44,031 nt of DNA from a virus (Duplodnaviria > Caudoviricetes), in IMG/VR virus record IMGVR_UViG_3300017912_001862, positions 1 through 44,031 of that record. One strand, written 5' to 3'. The position numbers were made by a program, and so were the translations under genes. The stretch's first letter is position 1, and each line of letters opens with the position of its first letter. Below, piece after piece: positions 8,990-18,359 of this stretch. The notes below the pieces were generated by a model. That model searched no databases. It was not told where the DNA came from and worked only from the letters and a program-made list of their open reading frames with translations.

Positions 8990-9010
8990 AAAAAAATCCT
9001 CCCCTAGTAT

Positions 9011-9205
9011 TTAGAGGAGGTCTTTTAGATATTCTTTTTCATTTTGATATGGATGCTTTTCTCCCGTCCACAATTTATATCCTTCAACTACTTCTGGTAT
9101 TAACCACTGGTCCACTCGATAGCAATACTTCCAGTTGACAGGTTGAATACAATTCATCACGACAACTTGGAAAAATGCTACCAAGTGAATCCAAAGACTA
9201 TACAT
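9011..9205 (-). CDS. Small hypothetical protein
   Basis: 64-aa ORF overlapping its upstream neighbour; hydrophobic N-terminus. Confidence 0.65.
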   Translation of the reverse strand: MYSLWIHLVAFFQVVVMNCIQPVNWKYCYRVDQWLIPEVVEGYKLWTGEKHPYQNEKEYLKDLL

Positions 9206-9398
9206 TTCTTGATCTGTTTTTGATTACAATAAAAGCATCTTTATTATATTTACGGGTGCCTTTGACAGGTGCCCACTTGGTGCCAGCACCTTCAATCTCA
9301 TAGATTTGAGTACCACCAATTTCAATGTGGATGTCATCGTTGGTATCCCACCCAAGTGTGCTGATGGTTTCCCAAAGATCTTCTTGTGTAAACTTCAT
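9198..9398 (-). CDS. Small conserved cyanophage hypothetical protein
   Basis: 66 aa, ATGA-coupled to mazG; GTKWAPVKGTRKYNKDAFIVIKNR. Confidence 0.75.
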   Translation of the reverse strand: MKFTQEDLWETISTLGWDTNDDIHIEIGGTQIYEIEGAGTKWAPVKGTRKYNKDAFIVIKNRSRNV

Positions 9399-9799
9399 CG
9401 GTCGTCAGAAGCACGATTTTCGGAATAGTAAGCGTCAAAGGTTCCTTCAGGATATCGCTTAGAAAGTTTGGTGATATTACGATCAAGAACTTCTTCCATT
9501 GTCACGCCAAGCGATTTGGTAGCTTGTGCCACGTACCACATGACATCACCCAACTCAATAATAAGATGTTCTCGATTATCGTCGTTCCAAGGCTTACCTT
9601 GGAATACCATCTTCTTAATGATCTCAAGGAACTCACCACCTTCAGCATTAATCCCAACACCAGCAGTAAGGAGACGCTCAATATTGGCACCCTCACGATC
9701 CAACTCGCCAATACGATCAGCAAAGTCAACAAAGTTCGTTGAGCAGTCAGAAGTAACTTCTGCCACAAACTCTTCATAGCGTTCAAAATGAATAGTCAT
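9395..9799 (-). CDS. mazG: MazG-like nucleoside triphosphate pyrophosphohydrolase
   Basis: EGGEFLEIIKK...ELGDVMWY...NITKLSKRYP. Confidence 0.93.
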   Translation of the reverse strand: MTIHFERYEEFVAEVTSDCSTNFVDFADRIGELDREGANIERLLTAGVGINAEGGEFLEIIKKMVFQGKPWNDDNREHLIIELGDVMWYVAQATKSLGVTMEEVLDRNITKLSKRYPEGTFDAYYSENRASDDR

Positions 9800-11199
9800 A
9801 TTACAAATTTAGAGAATTTATCTATACGGGATTGTTTGGATGAAGCATCTTCTAATGCTTCGTAAGTGTTTTCTTCAGCAGAATCAAGAATATTATCTCC
9901 TTCAGAATCTTCTACATTATACAGCTTCATTTTTGGTCTGTCAATCCCAACAGTGAAGCGACGGTAGAATGTGAGATCATTATATCTGTTCTTAAGTTGT
10001 TTAACCATAATCCTACCAGACTGTTCAAGTTCTTCAGTAGAGATAAGAGCAAACATAAAGTCAGCAGTAGCAGGTAGACCAAAAGACTCACTAGTATCAG
10101 TAAGATCCACATCACTGTTACCATAACCACTACGAGTAGTCTGAGTGGCAGATACAATAGGTACATCATGCTCAACCGCCAGACCCCGAAGCTCTTCAGC
10201 AATCGCTTTAACATATGTGTAACTATTAACAATGTGTCCTTTATATCGTGAAGAAGCACAGATGTTCAGATAGTCAATGAAAATAATATCTGGTTTAAAA
10301 TACTTTTTCAATGACAACTCATTAATAAGTGATTTGAAATGTCCAGAATGAGCAGAGGCAGTAGGATACTCTTTGATGATCAAGCGACCTTGAGTTTTCC
10401 TACCAATCTCAGCGACCCTGGAAGTAAAGATCTGTTCAGGAATAGTGCCAATATCTTTGATGTTAACACCCAGGAGATTAGCATCAATACGTTCAGCAAT
10501 TCTTTCTTCTGCCATCTCCATAGTAATGTAAATGACATTCTTGCCCTGCTGTAAACATGATGCTGCCATGTGACACATGAACAAAGACTTACCTACGCCT
10601 GTGCCCGCTAGAGCGATGTTCAATGTTTTATTGGGCAAACCACCTTTCGTCACTTGATTAAATTTTTCAAGATCAAAAGGTATTTTAGATTCGTCTTTAT
10701 GATAATAATCATAACGTTCAGTTACGTTCTCAACGTAATCATGACCTACATGTTCGTCGAACGATACTGCCAGGGCTTCTTGTAGGATACTGGGGATCGC
10801 ATCCTTTGATACTTTCGATTCACCTCCGTCAGCAATCTTGATCGATTCAAGTAGGGCGAGGTAGATTGCTCTGTCTTTACACCACTTTTCTGTGGTGTCA
10901 AGAAGCCATTGGTTTTCGACAGGGACTTCCTCAATGGACTTGAGAGTTTGTACCGCCTCCGAGTACGACTCTTCAGTAATGTCTTTACGATCCTGGAGGT
11001 TAATGATAAGAACCTCCGAAGTCGGGACAGTATCATACGTACTAGCAAAATTCCAAACTTCTTCATAGATAATGCGTTCATGATATTCCTCAAAATATTC
11101 AGGTTTAACAAAGGGAACTACTTTACGATAAAAAGATTCATTGGTCAGAAGATTTCTGAGGATAGTAGATTCAATTTTCTCAGTCGTCATCTGTGCCAT
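9796..11199 (-). CDS. gp41: Replicative helicase (T4 gp41)
   Basis: Walker [29 protein letters not shown]; the start may be 11190. Confidence 0.96.
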   Translation of the reverse strand: MAQMTTEKIESTILRNLLTNESFYRKVVPFVKPEYFEEYHERIIYEEVWNFASTYDTVPTSEVLIINLQDRKDITEESYSEAVQTLKSIEEVPVENQWLLDTTEKWCKDRAIYLALLESIKIADGGESKVSKDAIPSILQEALAVSFDEHVGHDYVENVTERYDYYHKDESKIPFDLEKFNQVTKGGLPNKTLNIALAGTGVGKSLFMCHMAASCLQQGKNVIYITMEMAEERIAERIDANLLGVNIKDIGTIPEQIFTSRVAEIGRKTQGRLIIKEYPTASAHSGHFKSLINELSLKKYFKPDIIFIDYLNICASSRYKGHIVNSYTYVKAIAEELRGLAVEHDVPIVSATQTTRSGYGNSDVDLTDTSESFGLPATADFMFALISTEELEQSGRIMVKQLKNRYNDLTFYRRFTVGIDRPKMKLYNVEDSEGDNILDSAEENTYEALEDASSKQSRIDKFSKFVI

Positions 11200-12202
11200 A
11201 GAGGAATTCTTTTTGTGCTTGTTTATCTAGTTTTTGGAGAACTTCTGGAGTGAAATATTGTTCTGGATCTTTGAGGATTGCTTTGGCATAGATTTTCTTT
11301 CCATCAATCTCATAACGTCCAGCAACATTTTTCCACAACCCTGCTCGCTCGCCCATCTCAAGTAATCCATAGTGTCTCTCCAGTCCTCTCTGGTCAAAAA
11401 ATAGTCGGGTTTCTACTTTAGAACCTTCACGGGTCAGACGGGACTTCTTCGCCTCACACTTAATAATGTTTCCGACCAGATCGGTTCCGTCTTTTTCTTT
11501 CTTCTTAGAAAGGAAAACAATGGTACTGGCGGAATATTTAAGGCCCACTCCACCTCCCATTTCTTTCGTAGGGACATAAGATCCGATAACGTCATAGGTA
11601 TGATTAGTGACTAACATTGGAATGTTTGCCTTACCGAGTTTCAAAGTCAAGACTCGGAAGGCACCTTTAATAAGCTGTGATTTCGTCATGTCACGAACCT
11701 GCTTATCGTTTTGAATGTCCTCCATCTCTTTGGAAGAAGTGAGCATCCCAAGGGAGTCTAGCACAAACATGAGCGGTTGACGCTCGTCTTTAGGTTGTTC
11801 TAAGTATTTGTCAACAACCCGTACTGCCTGAGTCCTGAATTCCTCAATGGTTTCTACTGGCATGATAATCATACGATCGGAGTCAATGCCACGACTCTCG
11901 ATCATTTGCTTACTAATGGCAGACTCAGTTTCAAAATAGATGACTCCAGCATTAGGATCACTATCAAGGAAAGACTTAACGACAGAAAGACAAAAGAAAG
12001 TCTTGCCCGTGCCCGATTCTCCTGCCAAGGCAGTAATTTTATTGGAAGGAAAACCTCCGAAAATAGAACCACTAACGAGGGCATTAACCATATAGCTGCC
12101 AGTGTCAACATAAGATTCAATGTCGCCAGCAGCAATGCCATCCCGAACGAATGAAGCATACTCATTCTTGCTATCTTTGATAACAGTATCTAAAAAACTC
12201 AT
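11180..12202 (-). CDS. uvsX: RecA-like recombinase UvsX
   Basis: [27 protein letters not shown]; start moved to ATG 12202 (MSFLDTV), just after the gp43 stop. Confidence 0.95.
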   Translation of the reverse strand: MSFLDTVIKDSKNEYASFVRDGIAAGDIESYVDTGSYMVNALVSGSIFGGFPSNKITALAGESGTGKTFFCLSVVKSFLDSDPNAGVIYFETESAISKQMIESRGIDSDRMIIMPVETIEEFRTQAVRVVDKYLEQPKDERQPLMFVLDSLGMLTSSKEMEDIQNDKQVRDMTKSQLIKGAFRVLTLKLGKANIPMLVTNHTYDVIGSYVPTKEMGGGVGLKYSASTIVFLSKKKEKDGTDLVGNIIKCEAKKSRLTREGSKVETRLFFDQRGLERHYGLLEMGERAGLWKNVAGRYEIDGKKIYAKAILKDPEQYFTPEVLQKLDKQAQKEFLYGTDDD

Positions 12203-12204
12203 AA

Positions 12205-14697
12205 TTAAAAAAACGATAAGAGTGAAACAGACCGCTCGTAATCCCAACCAATACATTCTAGCACATTCTTTAGCGGTTCAAAGAATGACTTGTCAAATTG
12301 TTTATTAAAATCTACATACTTCGATAAATTTAATTCGGGTGGAATATTCTGGAAAAAAGATATCACATTTTCTTGGATTGGGTTTGGAGTTTTGAGGTAT
12401 AGAAACTTGATCTTCTCTCCTTCTTGGATAAGAGGGTACTTATGATCAAGTTTATTATGGCTAACGTAGTAATTGTACAGTAATGCACCTCGGACATGAA
12501 TAGGAGTACCCTTTGAATAAATATCTGCCGCCGACTTGTATTTGCTAAGACCATTTACACCTCTAGGGAAAGCAATGTTTAAGTAATCTTCGTTTCTAGT
12601 ATCTTGTTTTACTTTGTCAATAAAATCAATTAGCGTATCATTGTCTTCATTGATAATAATCTCATATGCTTTGAGCAGTTTATCTCGGAAGAATGCTGGT
12701 GTAGAAGACCTGGCAGTTTCCATACCACAGATCTTCATCTTAGGTTCGGCATAGCGTACACCTTCGCTGTCCCACACGTTGAGAATGTATCGCTTCTTGG
12801 CAGTCCAGATAGCACGGTCAGCGATATTCTCACGCTTCATCTTCATTTTTTGTTCATACGCCGCCACATACGTTGCCAGTTCTTCATATGAACGTTCAAT
12901 AAAAGGTTCCAGTTTTTCTTGGCAGATCTTGTCAAGTATGGTAACAATTGCTGCTTTGTCGCTAGACTTAGCACCAAAAAATTTATCAACAAGAGGTCCA
13001 AGATTAAGATAGATTGAGTCTGTATCGCTAGCGATGACATAATCAATACCCTCCGTTTGTAGCAGTTTATTTAGGTATTCATTCATACGGTTCTCAATCC
13101 AACGGATAGAGAGCTGTCCAGAAGTAGTAATTGCTTCAGCAATTTCAAGTCGATAATAACGAAAGTGTTCATTACCGATGGCACCATAAGCAGAGTTCAG
13201 TTGGATCTTACGTGCCATCTGAATGTTGTTACAGCGGGCGATCTCTTTCTTGAGTTCAATACTGGGATTATTCTCATACTCCTGCTTCGCCTTGAGCATA
13301 CGCTTCTTATAAATGGTGCGTTCCTGATAGATCTTGTCCATCAGTTCAGGCAAAAACCCACGCTTATTAGTATCGTAGAACGTACCATTAGCACACAGAG
13401 TCTGACCACACAAATCAAACAGTTCAATCTCTTTATTAAGAAGACGATCTACCGTGGCAGTAGGATGCCTATTCTCCTTAAGCGTCTCTGGCGAGAGGTT
13501 GTACTGCATAATGAGGTGAGGGTACAGGGAGTTGAGGTCAAAAGAGACCACCCAGTCATAAATGCCTGGAGTCGGTTCTTTAACATAAGCTCCAGCATAC
13601 TTGTTATCTTTTCTACTTTCACGTTTCGGTGGAATGGCAATGTTTTTCTTAGAAAGATATACGTAGATAATGTTATCCCACATACGTACCTGTGAGTAGA
13701 CATCTTCAAAGTTCACCTTAGCATCATATGCCATAGTGATAGCGAGTTCGATCAACTTCATCTTGTCATCCAGCTGGTCAACCAGGCGAACGTCAATGAT
13801 GTTATAGTCCACGAACTTCTTCCAGTTCTTGGTATAGAACTCTTTGAAAGTATCGTACTCACTGTGATCAAGTTTCTTGGCACCAAGTTCTACCGAACAG
13901 ATATGATCCAGACGATAGGACTCTTGGTTGGTGTAAGTAAACTTCTTATACAGTTCCAGATAGTCAAGGCAGGAGATGCCACTAATGTCATAGGCAATCT
14001 GCTTACGACCTTTGATGTAGATCTCACGGTAGAGAATACTCTTCCAAGGTGAGATCATCTTGGATTCTTTCTCCCCAATCACACGCTCGATACGTTTGAT
14101 GATGTACGGGATATCAAACAGTTGTACGTTCCAACCCGTGATCACATCGGGGAAGTTAGAAATCCAAAAGTGGAGGAATGCCTTCAGCAGACCCACCTCA
14201 GTTTGGAACTCAAGGTAGTCCACGTCGGGATCTGTCGCCTCATATGGGCGAGAACCAAACACAGTGATACGACCAGTGTGAGAGTCCTTTAAGGAGATCA
14301 GCAAAATCTCCTGATCGGCAGTCTCGATGTCAGGGAAACCATTCTCAGCACCAGTCTCGATGTCAACAGTAAAGATACGAATCAGATTCATATCAAACTT
14401 CATGTCATCCCAAGGATACTCCTCAAGGATGTACTGGTTGTTGTATCGTGTCTGACCATAGACAGGAAAATCTTCCATTTCCTTGTGGGTGTCAACAAAC
14501 TGACGAGCATCTTTGATCGTACCCTGAAGAACAGGGCGAACACGTTTGCCATCGAGTGTCTTCCACTCAGAAGGTTTCTCGGTAGGCAAGAATAGTGTCG
14601 GGTTGAACTTTACCCGATCACTGAACTGCCGACCATGATCATAACCACGAACCAGGATAGTGTTCCCAGACTGTTGAACACTGGTGTAAAACTTCAT
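12205..14697 (-). CDS. gp43: Family B DNA polymerase (T4 gp43), unsplit
   Basis: Exonuclease VDIET; [24 protein letters not shown]. Confidence 0.98.
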   Translation of the reverse strand: MKFYTSVQQSGNTILVRGYDHGRQFSDRVKFNPTLFLPTEKPSEWKTLDGKRVRPVLQGTIKDARQFVDTHKEMEDFPVYGQTRYNNQYILEEYPWDDMKFDMNLIRIFTVDIETGAENGFPDIETADQEILLISLKDSHTGRITVFGSRPYEATDPDVDYLEFQTEVGLLKAFLHFWISNFPDVITGWNVQLFDIPYIIKRIERVIGEKESKMISPWKSILYREIYIKGRKQIAYDISGISCLDYLELYKKFTYTNQESYRLDHICSVELGAKKLDHSEYDTFKEFYTKNWKKFVDYNIIDVRLVDQLDDKMKLIELAITMAYDAKVNFEDVYSQVRMWDNIIYVYLSKKNIAIPPKRESRKDNKYAGAYVKEPTPGIYDWVVSFDLNSLYPHLIMQYNLSPETLKENRHPTATVDRLLNKEIELFDLCGQTLCANGTFYDTNKRGFLPELMDKIYQERTIYKKRMLKAKQEYENNPSIELKKEIARCNNIQMARKIQLNSAYGAIGNEHFRYYRLEIAEAITTSGQLSIRWIENRMNEYLNKLLQTEGIDYVIASDTDSIYLNLGPLVDKFFGAKSSDKAAIVTILDKICQEKLEPFIERSYEELATYVAAYEQKMKMKRENIADRAIWTAKKRYILNVWDSEGVRYAEPKMKICGMETARSSTPAFFRDKLLKAYEIIINEDNDTLIDFIDKVKQDTRNEDYLNIAFPRGVNGLSKYKSAADIYSKGTPIHVRGALLYNYYVSHNKLDHKYPLIQEGEKIKFLYLKTPNPIQENVISFFQNIPPELNLSKYVDFNKQFDKSFFEPLKNVLECIGWDYERSVSLLSFF

Positions 14698-14948
14698 TCC
14701 GTCTCTTTGTCTTTCAGGTCATAATAAAGTGCCATGAACATGTCGCTAGGTTCAGCAATAACAGTAATGCTTTCTGAACGAACCGTCAGTTCTCTGTCGT
14801 CACTGTAAGGAGGAAAGGGCACTGCCCCATCCTCATTCACCTCACAGGGGTATTTTAGCATACAGTCGGGTTGACCGAACTCAGTACCAGGGATCTCTTC
14901 AATCTCTGCCACGAGCCAGTGCCCATCAAACTTAATCAGTTTGATCAT
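14694..14948 (-). CDS. Sm-like small protein
   Basis: MLKYP...PFPPYSDDRELTVRSESITVIAEP fits the cyanophage Sm-like pattern. Confidence 0.6.
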   Translation of the reverse strand: MIKLIKFDGHWLVAEIEEIPGTEFGQPDCMLKYPCEVNEDGAVPFPPYSDDRELTVRSESITVIAEPSDMFMALYYDLKDKETE

Positions 14949-15427
14949 ACTACTTCTACAGGAGAAGGAGCAATAGTGGCAGTAGCATCGGCACCCACAC
15001 CAGCATTGTCGGGGACAGAAGCGCCAGCAACAGCAGCAGCGATGTCAGCTTGCTGTTGAGCAATAGCATCACCTTCCTGAGGTTGCTCGGTAGTCTCTTC
15101 TGGTGGCATCTGTGACTCCACCTTAGCTTTGTAAGCGTTAGCGAGACCTGGATCTGGAGTACCAATAGTCATAACAACATCGTAAGGAATACGATATTGA
15201 GATTCAAGAGCATATGGACACCACTTACTGTACTTAACTTGAAGATCCATTTCAGGAGCATCAGAAGCTTCATCAACGGCGATGAGTGACAATTCGTAAG
15301 GGTAACTCATAACGAGGCAAATACCTTTACGATCTTCACCCTCACCTTCAAATGCTTCTTGAAGATAAGTAATTAGTTTTTCTCCTGTTTTCAGGACTAC
15401 AACGGATGGTTGAACTGATTCAGTCAT
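14945..15427 (-). CDS. Sm-like protein with acidic Ala/Pro-rich tail
   Basis: VVLKTGEKLI...MSYP...KWCPYA..QYRIPYDVVMTIGTP. Confidence 0.65.
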   Translation of the reverse strand: MTESVQPSVVVLKTGEKLITYLQEAFEGEGEDRKGICLVMSYPYELSLIAVDEASDAPEMDLQVKYSKWCPYALESQYRIPYDVVMTIGTPDPGLANAYKAKVESQMPPEETTEQPQEGDAIAQQQADIAAAVAGASVPDNAGVGADATATIAPSPVEVV

Positions 15428-15770
15428 TTTTTCTTTCTCTTTCTTTAATGTGTTGGTCTAATTCTTCAGGTGTCAAAACTGGATATGTTGGTTGTACCAC
15501 GTCGATATATTTTTCTAGAATTAATCTAGATGGATTACCAACAGATACAACCTTATCAAAAGCAATCTTGAACTCTGGCGAAGAAGAAAATGGACTATAA
15601 GGATAGAAACTTATAATCGGTTTTTCTTCTCTTTTAACAGGTGTGTCCATAGCAATGGACATGGGCATAACCAAGTTAAGACACAGTGATTCATTACCTT
15701 CTTTAACTTCCTGTATTTTAGAAATTAGATGTTCACCTGAAACTAGGTGTATAATCTGAATTACAGTCAT
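15420..15770 (-). CDS. Sm-like protein
   Basis: IIHLVSGEHLI...LVMP...PYSPFS..EFKIAFDKVVSVGNP; start moved to ATG 15770 (GAGGAG SD at 15783-15788). Confidence 0.65.
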   Translation of the reverse strand: MTVIQIIHLVSGEHLISKIQEVKEGNESLCLNLVMPMSIAMDTPVKREEKPIISFYPYSPFSSSPEFKIAFDKVVSVGNPSRLILEKYIDVVQPTYPVLTPEELDQHIKERERKND

Positions 15771-15791
15771 AGTAAGATTATGCTCCTCAAT

Positions 15792-15820
15792 AGTATAGCA
15801 AAAAAATACAGGGTTGGCAA
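15792..15820 (-). promoter_or_regulatory. Sigma70-type early promoter for the Sm-like genes and gp43
   Basis: TTGCCA-N17-TATACT with extended TGn; overlaps the hsp20 terminator. Confidence 0.7.
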
Positions 15821-15830
15821 GCAACCCTGT
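15800..15830 (-). terminator. Terminator downstream of hsp20
   Basis: ACAGGGTTG-CTTGC-CAACCCTGT followed by ATTTTTTT. Confidence 0.8.
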
Positions 15831-15838
15831 GACAATAT

Positions 15839-16285
15839 TTATTCTGTCAGTAACTGTCTACTTGTCTTCGACCCAATTTCATATACAGTTCTTTTCTGAT
15901 GTTCTGGGATAATTTTTTCCAGTGAAACACACAATAAACCGTCCTCAAAATCTACATCAGTTACTCTTACATCGTCTCCCAGTTGCCATGTTCTAGTGAA
16001 AGATCTCTTTGAGACTCCCTTGTGAACATACTCGATTTCAGGATCTGTCTTCGCATCTGTTGTGGCAATTTTGAGAATGTTTGATTCAGTAGATACTTCA
16101 ATCTCCTCTGGTTTAAATCCTGCCAGAGCAATTTGAATTTCGTAATTACTAATGTCATATTTAATTAAATTATATGGAGGATAATTTTTATCATGCTGAC
16201 TCAATGTATCTAGTCGATGAAAAATATCATCCAAACCCACAAAGTGTGGGGAGTAAAGATCCCACGTAAATGTATTATTAGCCAT
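15839..16285 (-). CDS. hsp20: Small heat shock protein (Hsp20/IbpA-like)
   Basis: YPPYNL, IALAGF, YVHKGVSKRSFTR, FEDGLLCV. Confidence 0.96.
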   Translation of the reverse strand: MANNTFTWDLYSPHFVGLDDIFHRLDTLSQHDKNYPPYNLIKYDISNYEIQIALAGFKPEEIEVSTESNILKIATTDAKTDPEIEYVHKGVSKRSFTRTWQLGDDVRVTDVDFEDGLLCVSLEKIIPEHQKRTVYEIGSKTSRQLLTE

Positions 16286-16337
16286 TGTTAGTCTCCTTAA
16301 ATAAGCGAGAAGTTAATCTGGACCCGTTAGGCATCCA
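16286..16337 (-). promoter_or_regulatory. ROSE-like RNA thermometer in the hsp20 5' UTR
   Basis: UCUC(G)CUU-AUUU-AAGGAGA pairs the SD, leaving a bulged G (UCGCU motif); upstream hairpin UGGAU(G)CC-UAAC-GGGUCCA; TATAAT at 16344-16349. Confidence 0.65.
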
Positions 16338-16359
16338 CTAATAATTATAATACATCAAC

Positions 16360-16392
16360 AAAAAAACTGCTACGGGATAACCGTAACAGTTT
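16360..16392 (-). terminator. Rho-independent terminator
   Basis: AAACTGTTACGG-TTATC-CCGTAGCAGTTT followed by TTTT. Confidence 0.85.
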
Positions 16393-16434
16393 ATAGGGTG
16401 TTCCGACTTTCGTAGAGACCGCACGAAAGGTCTC
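16360..16434 (-). ncRNA. Candidate ~75-nt structured small RNA between regA and hsp20
   Basis: Bounded by TATAAATA (16440-16447) and an intrinsic terminator; has interleaved stems GAGACC/GGTCTC and CTTTCGT/ACGAAAG; no ATG. Confidence 0.6.
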
Positions 16435-16442
16435 GATATTAT

Positions 16443-16868
16443 TTATACCTCAGTCGGTTTTTTTCTACCAATATTATACTTACTTTCTAGTGTCCACTCA
16501 TCTTTTTCTTTAAAAGATAGAACCTTAATTTGATTCAAGGGAGCAACGTCAGAAATTTTACCAGTATCAATAACACCAATTAACCCCCAGTCTGATAGAA
16601 GTTGAATGATTCTATTACGACGCTGTAAATCATTGGAAGAAAGATTTGTATTCTTACCATCTAGAGCGAACAACTCTTTGAAGTGTACAATGTAATACTT
16701 ACCTTGCTTGTGAAGAATATGACAGGACTGATATAACTTTTTTTCTTTTCTAGACGCTACACCGATACGTGTGAGAGTCTCTCTTACCTTGAGGAAATCA
16801 TCTGGTTGCCCCAAAGATACTTCTACCATATCGGCAGGTTGCCATTGTACTTCAATGTCAGTTGTCAT
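16443..16868 (-). CDS. regA: Translational repressor RegA
   Basis: DFLKVRETLTRIGVAS..LYQSCHILHKQGKYYIVHFKELFALDG. Confidence 0.97.
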   Translation of the reverse strand: MTTDIEVQWQPADMVEVSLGQPDDFLKVRETLTRIGVASRKEKKLYQSCHILHKQGKYYIVHFKELFALDGKNTNLSSNDLQRRNRIIQLLSDWGLIGVIDTGKISDVAPLNQIKVLSFKEKDEWTLESKYNIGRKKPTEV

Positions 16869-17245
16869 TTCATACCACCTTTATTCAATACTTTTCTTAT
16901 ATGATGTAATTCCTCTTTGGTGAGAATTCTAACTGCCTCCAAAGCTTTATTATGACTATAACCATAATATTGCTTGACAAGTTCAATATCCTCAAGAGTC
17001 TCTTTACGTAACCAAGGAGTGAAACGTTTCCTAGGTTTCAAGCTATTTATAAAGAAATCATATTGAAGTTTGTTATCGATATGGGTATTTTTATTCATCT
17101 CGTTAGCGTACAAAATACTATCAGTAAAAGACGATAGACATTTGTTCACAATAAACGGTGGATATTTTTTTTCTGCTTCTGGATTGTCATCCAGAATATT
17201 CTTCTTAGACTGATTGATGCTGTAGAGATAGTCTTTAAGTTCCAT
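16865..17245 (-). CDS. gp62: Clamp loader small subunit (T4 gp62)
   Basis: YPPFIVNKCLS..ANEMN..LQYDFFINSLKPRKRF; synteny with regA. Confidence 0.92.
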   Translation of the reverse strand: MELKDYLYSINQSKKNILDDNPEAEKKYPPFIVNKCLSSFTDSILYANEMNKNTHIDNKLQYDFFINSLKPRKRFTPWLRKETLEDIELVKQYYGYSHNKALEAVRILTKEELHHIRKVLNKGGMK

Positions 17246-17388
17246 TATTTAAATACGGCGGTCACGCCCATCACCTTGGCGTTAGGGTTACGTGCCAGGG
17301 CAACCTCCCTAGCTTCCTGATAATTACGAGCGATCACAGTCTCGGTGAAGACTGTACCAGCAACATAGAGTTTGACTTCACACTTCAT
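17245..17388 (-). CDS. 47-aa hypothetical protein (not in the ORF track)
   Basis: MKCEVKLYVAGTVFTETVIARNYQEAREVALARNPNAKVMGVTAVFK; fills the gap, TAATG-coupled to gp62. Confidence 0.75.
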   Translation of the reverse strand: MKCEVKLYVAGTVFTETVIARNYQEAREVALARNPNAKVMGVTAVFK

Positions 17389-18214
17389 AGTTGGTAAGGA
17401 CCAGTTCCTTTCGAGACGCTTGATCTGTATTATAACTCCCCACGCTCCTCATGGTGTAAGTGTGTGCAAATTCTGCTACTGTCCACCCCTCGAACCTCTC
17501 ACGAATGAGTTGAGACGAATTATAAGATACGAGTTGAGGACCGATAAAGCGATCACAGCTATTAGCAAACCCATCGTGGTCGAATCCTTTGTGCATGTTT
17601 CCACGCTTACCATATAGATTACTTCCGATTTCGTAGGGGGGATCGAGGTATGTAAATACTTTTCTATTGTCGGTAAGGAGCTGTTCATAAGATAAATTAG
17701 TAATTTTCCAGTTGCCAATCAACGCCTGATAATCAGTCAACTTCTCAATACCATTCATTGAGAAGTTACTTTCACTTGCTTGTTTGGAGAATGATGATGA
17801 CTCAGTAAGACCAGAAAAAGAACACTTATTGACAACGTAAAAAGACAATGCTTTCCAGTAATTGTCTTCACCAACTTCTAGATATGTTTTACTCTCTTGA
17901 AAGAGGAATTTGGCAGAAACTGGTTCACAATGTCTATTCTTCAATTGAATAAGATCTTTTTTCATCTCTGTGCCTTGATCTTGTAGAACACGCCAGAAAT
18001 TATAAAGAGGTTCGTACAAATCGTTGACCCAAATGCTGAGATGTGGGTAACGTTTGCCAACTTCCAATGCTACAGAACCACCACCCAGGAAGGGTTCACG
18101 ATACTCAGTGTAGTCCTTAAGGTCAGGAATGTATTGAAAGAGTTTACTCAGGGCACGACTCTTCCCGCCTGGATACCTGAGGGGAGTCTTCAAGGATTTC
18201 ATAGTCTGGGTCAT
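17378..18214 (-). CDS. dam: Dam-like (D12 class) N6-adenine DNA methyltransferase
   Basis: LRYPGGKS, EPFLGGGSV and YLDPPY motifs. Confidence 0.9.
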   Translation of the reverse strand: MTQTMKSLKTPLRYPGGKSRALSKLFQYIPDLKDYTEYREPFLGGGSVALEVGKRYPHLSIWVNDLYEPLYNFWRVLQDQGTEMKKDLIQLKNRHCEPVSAKFLFQESKTYLEVGEDNYWKALSFYVVNKCSFSGLTESSSFSKQASESNFSMNGIEKLTDYQALIGNWKITNLSYEQLLTDNRKVFTYLDPPYEIGSNLYGKRGNMHKGFDHDGFANSCDRFIGPQLVSYNSSQLIRERFEGWTVAEFAHTYTMRSVGSYNTDQASRKELVLTNYEV

Positions 18215-18359
18215 TGTACTTCAGATATTCACGAAAGATGTGCTTCATTTCACGCTCGGTCATTCCACAATGAGCAGCAGCATGAGGTAGGTTCATTGTA
18301 GCACGAAACAATCCTTCGTTTGCTTCCGCTACATTCTCTGGTGTAGTTTTAACTGTCAT
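18144..18359 (-). CDS. Small hypothetical protein (HTH-like)
   Basis: 71 aa, ATGA-coupled to gp44; MNLPHAAAHCGMTEREMK. Confidence 0.6.
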   Translation of the reverse strand: MTVKTTPENVAEANEGLFRATMNLPHAAAHCGMTEREMKHIFREYLKYNDPDYEILEDSPQVSRREESCPE

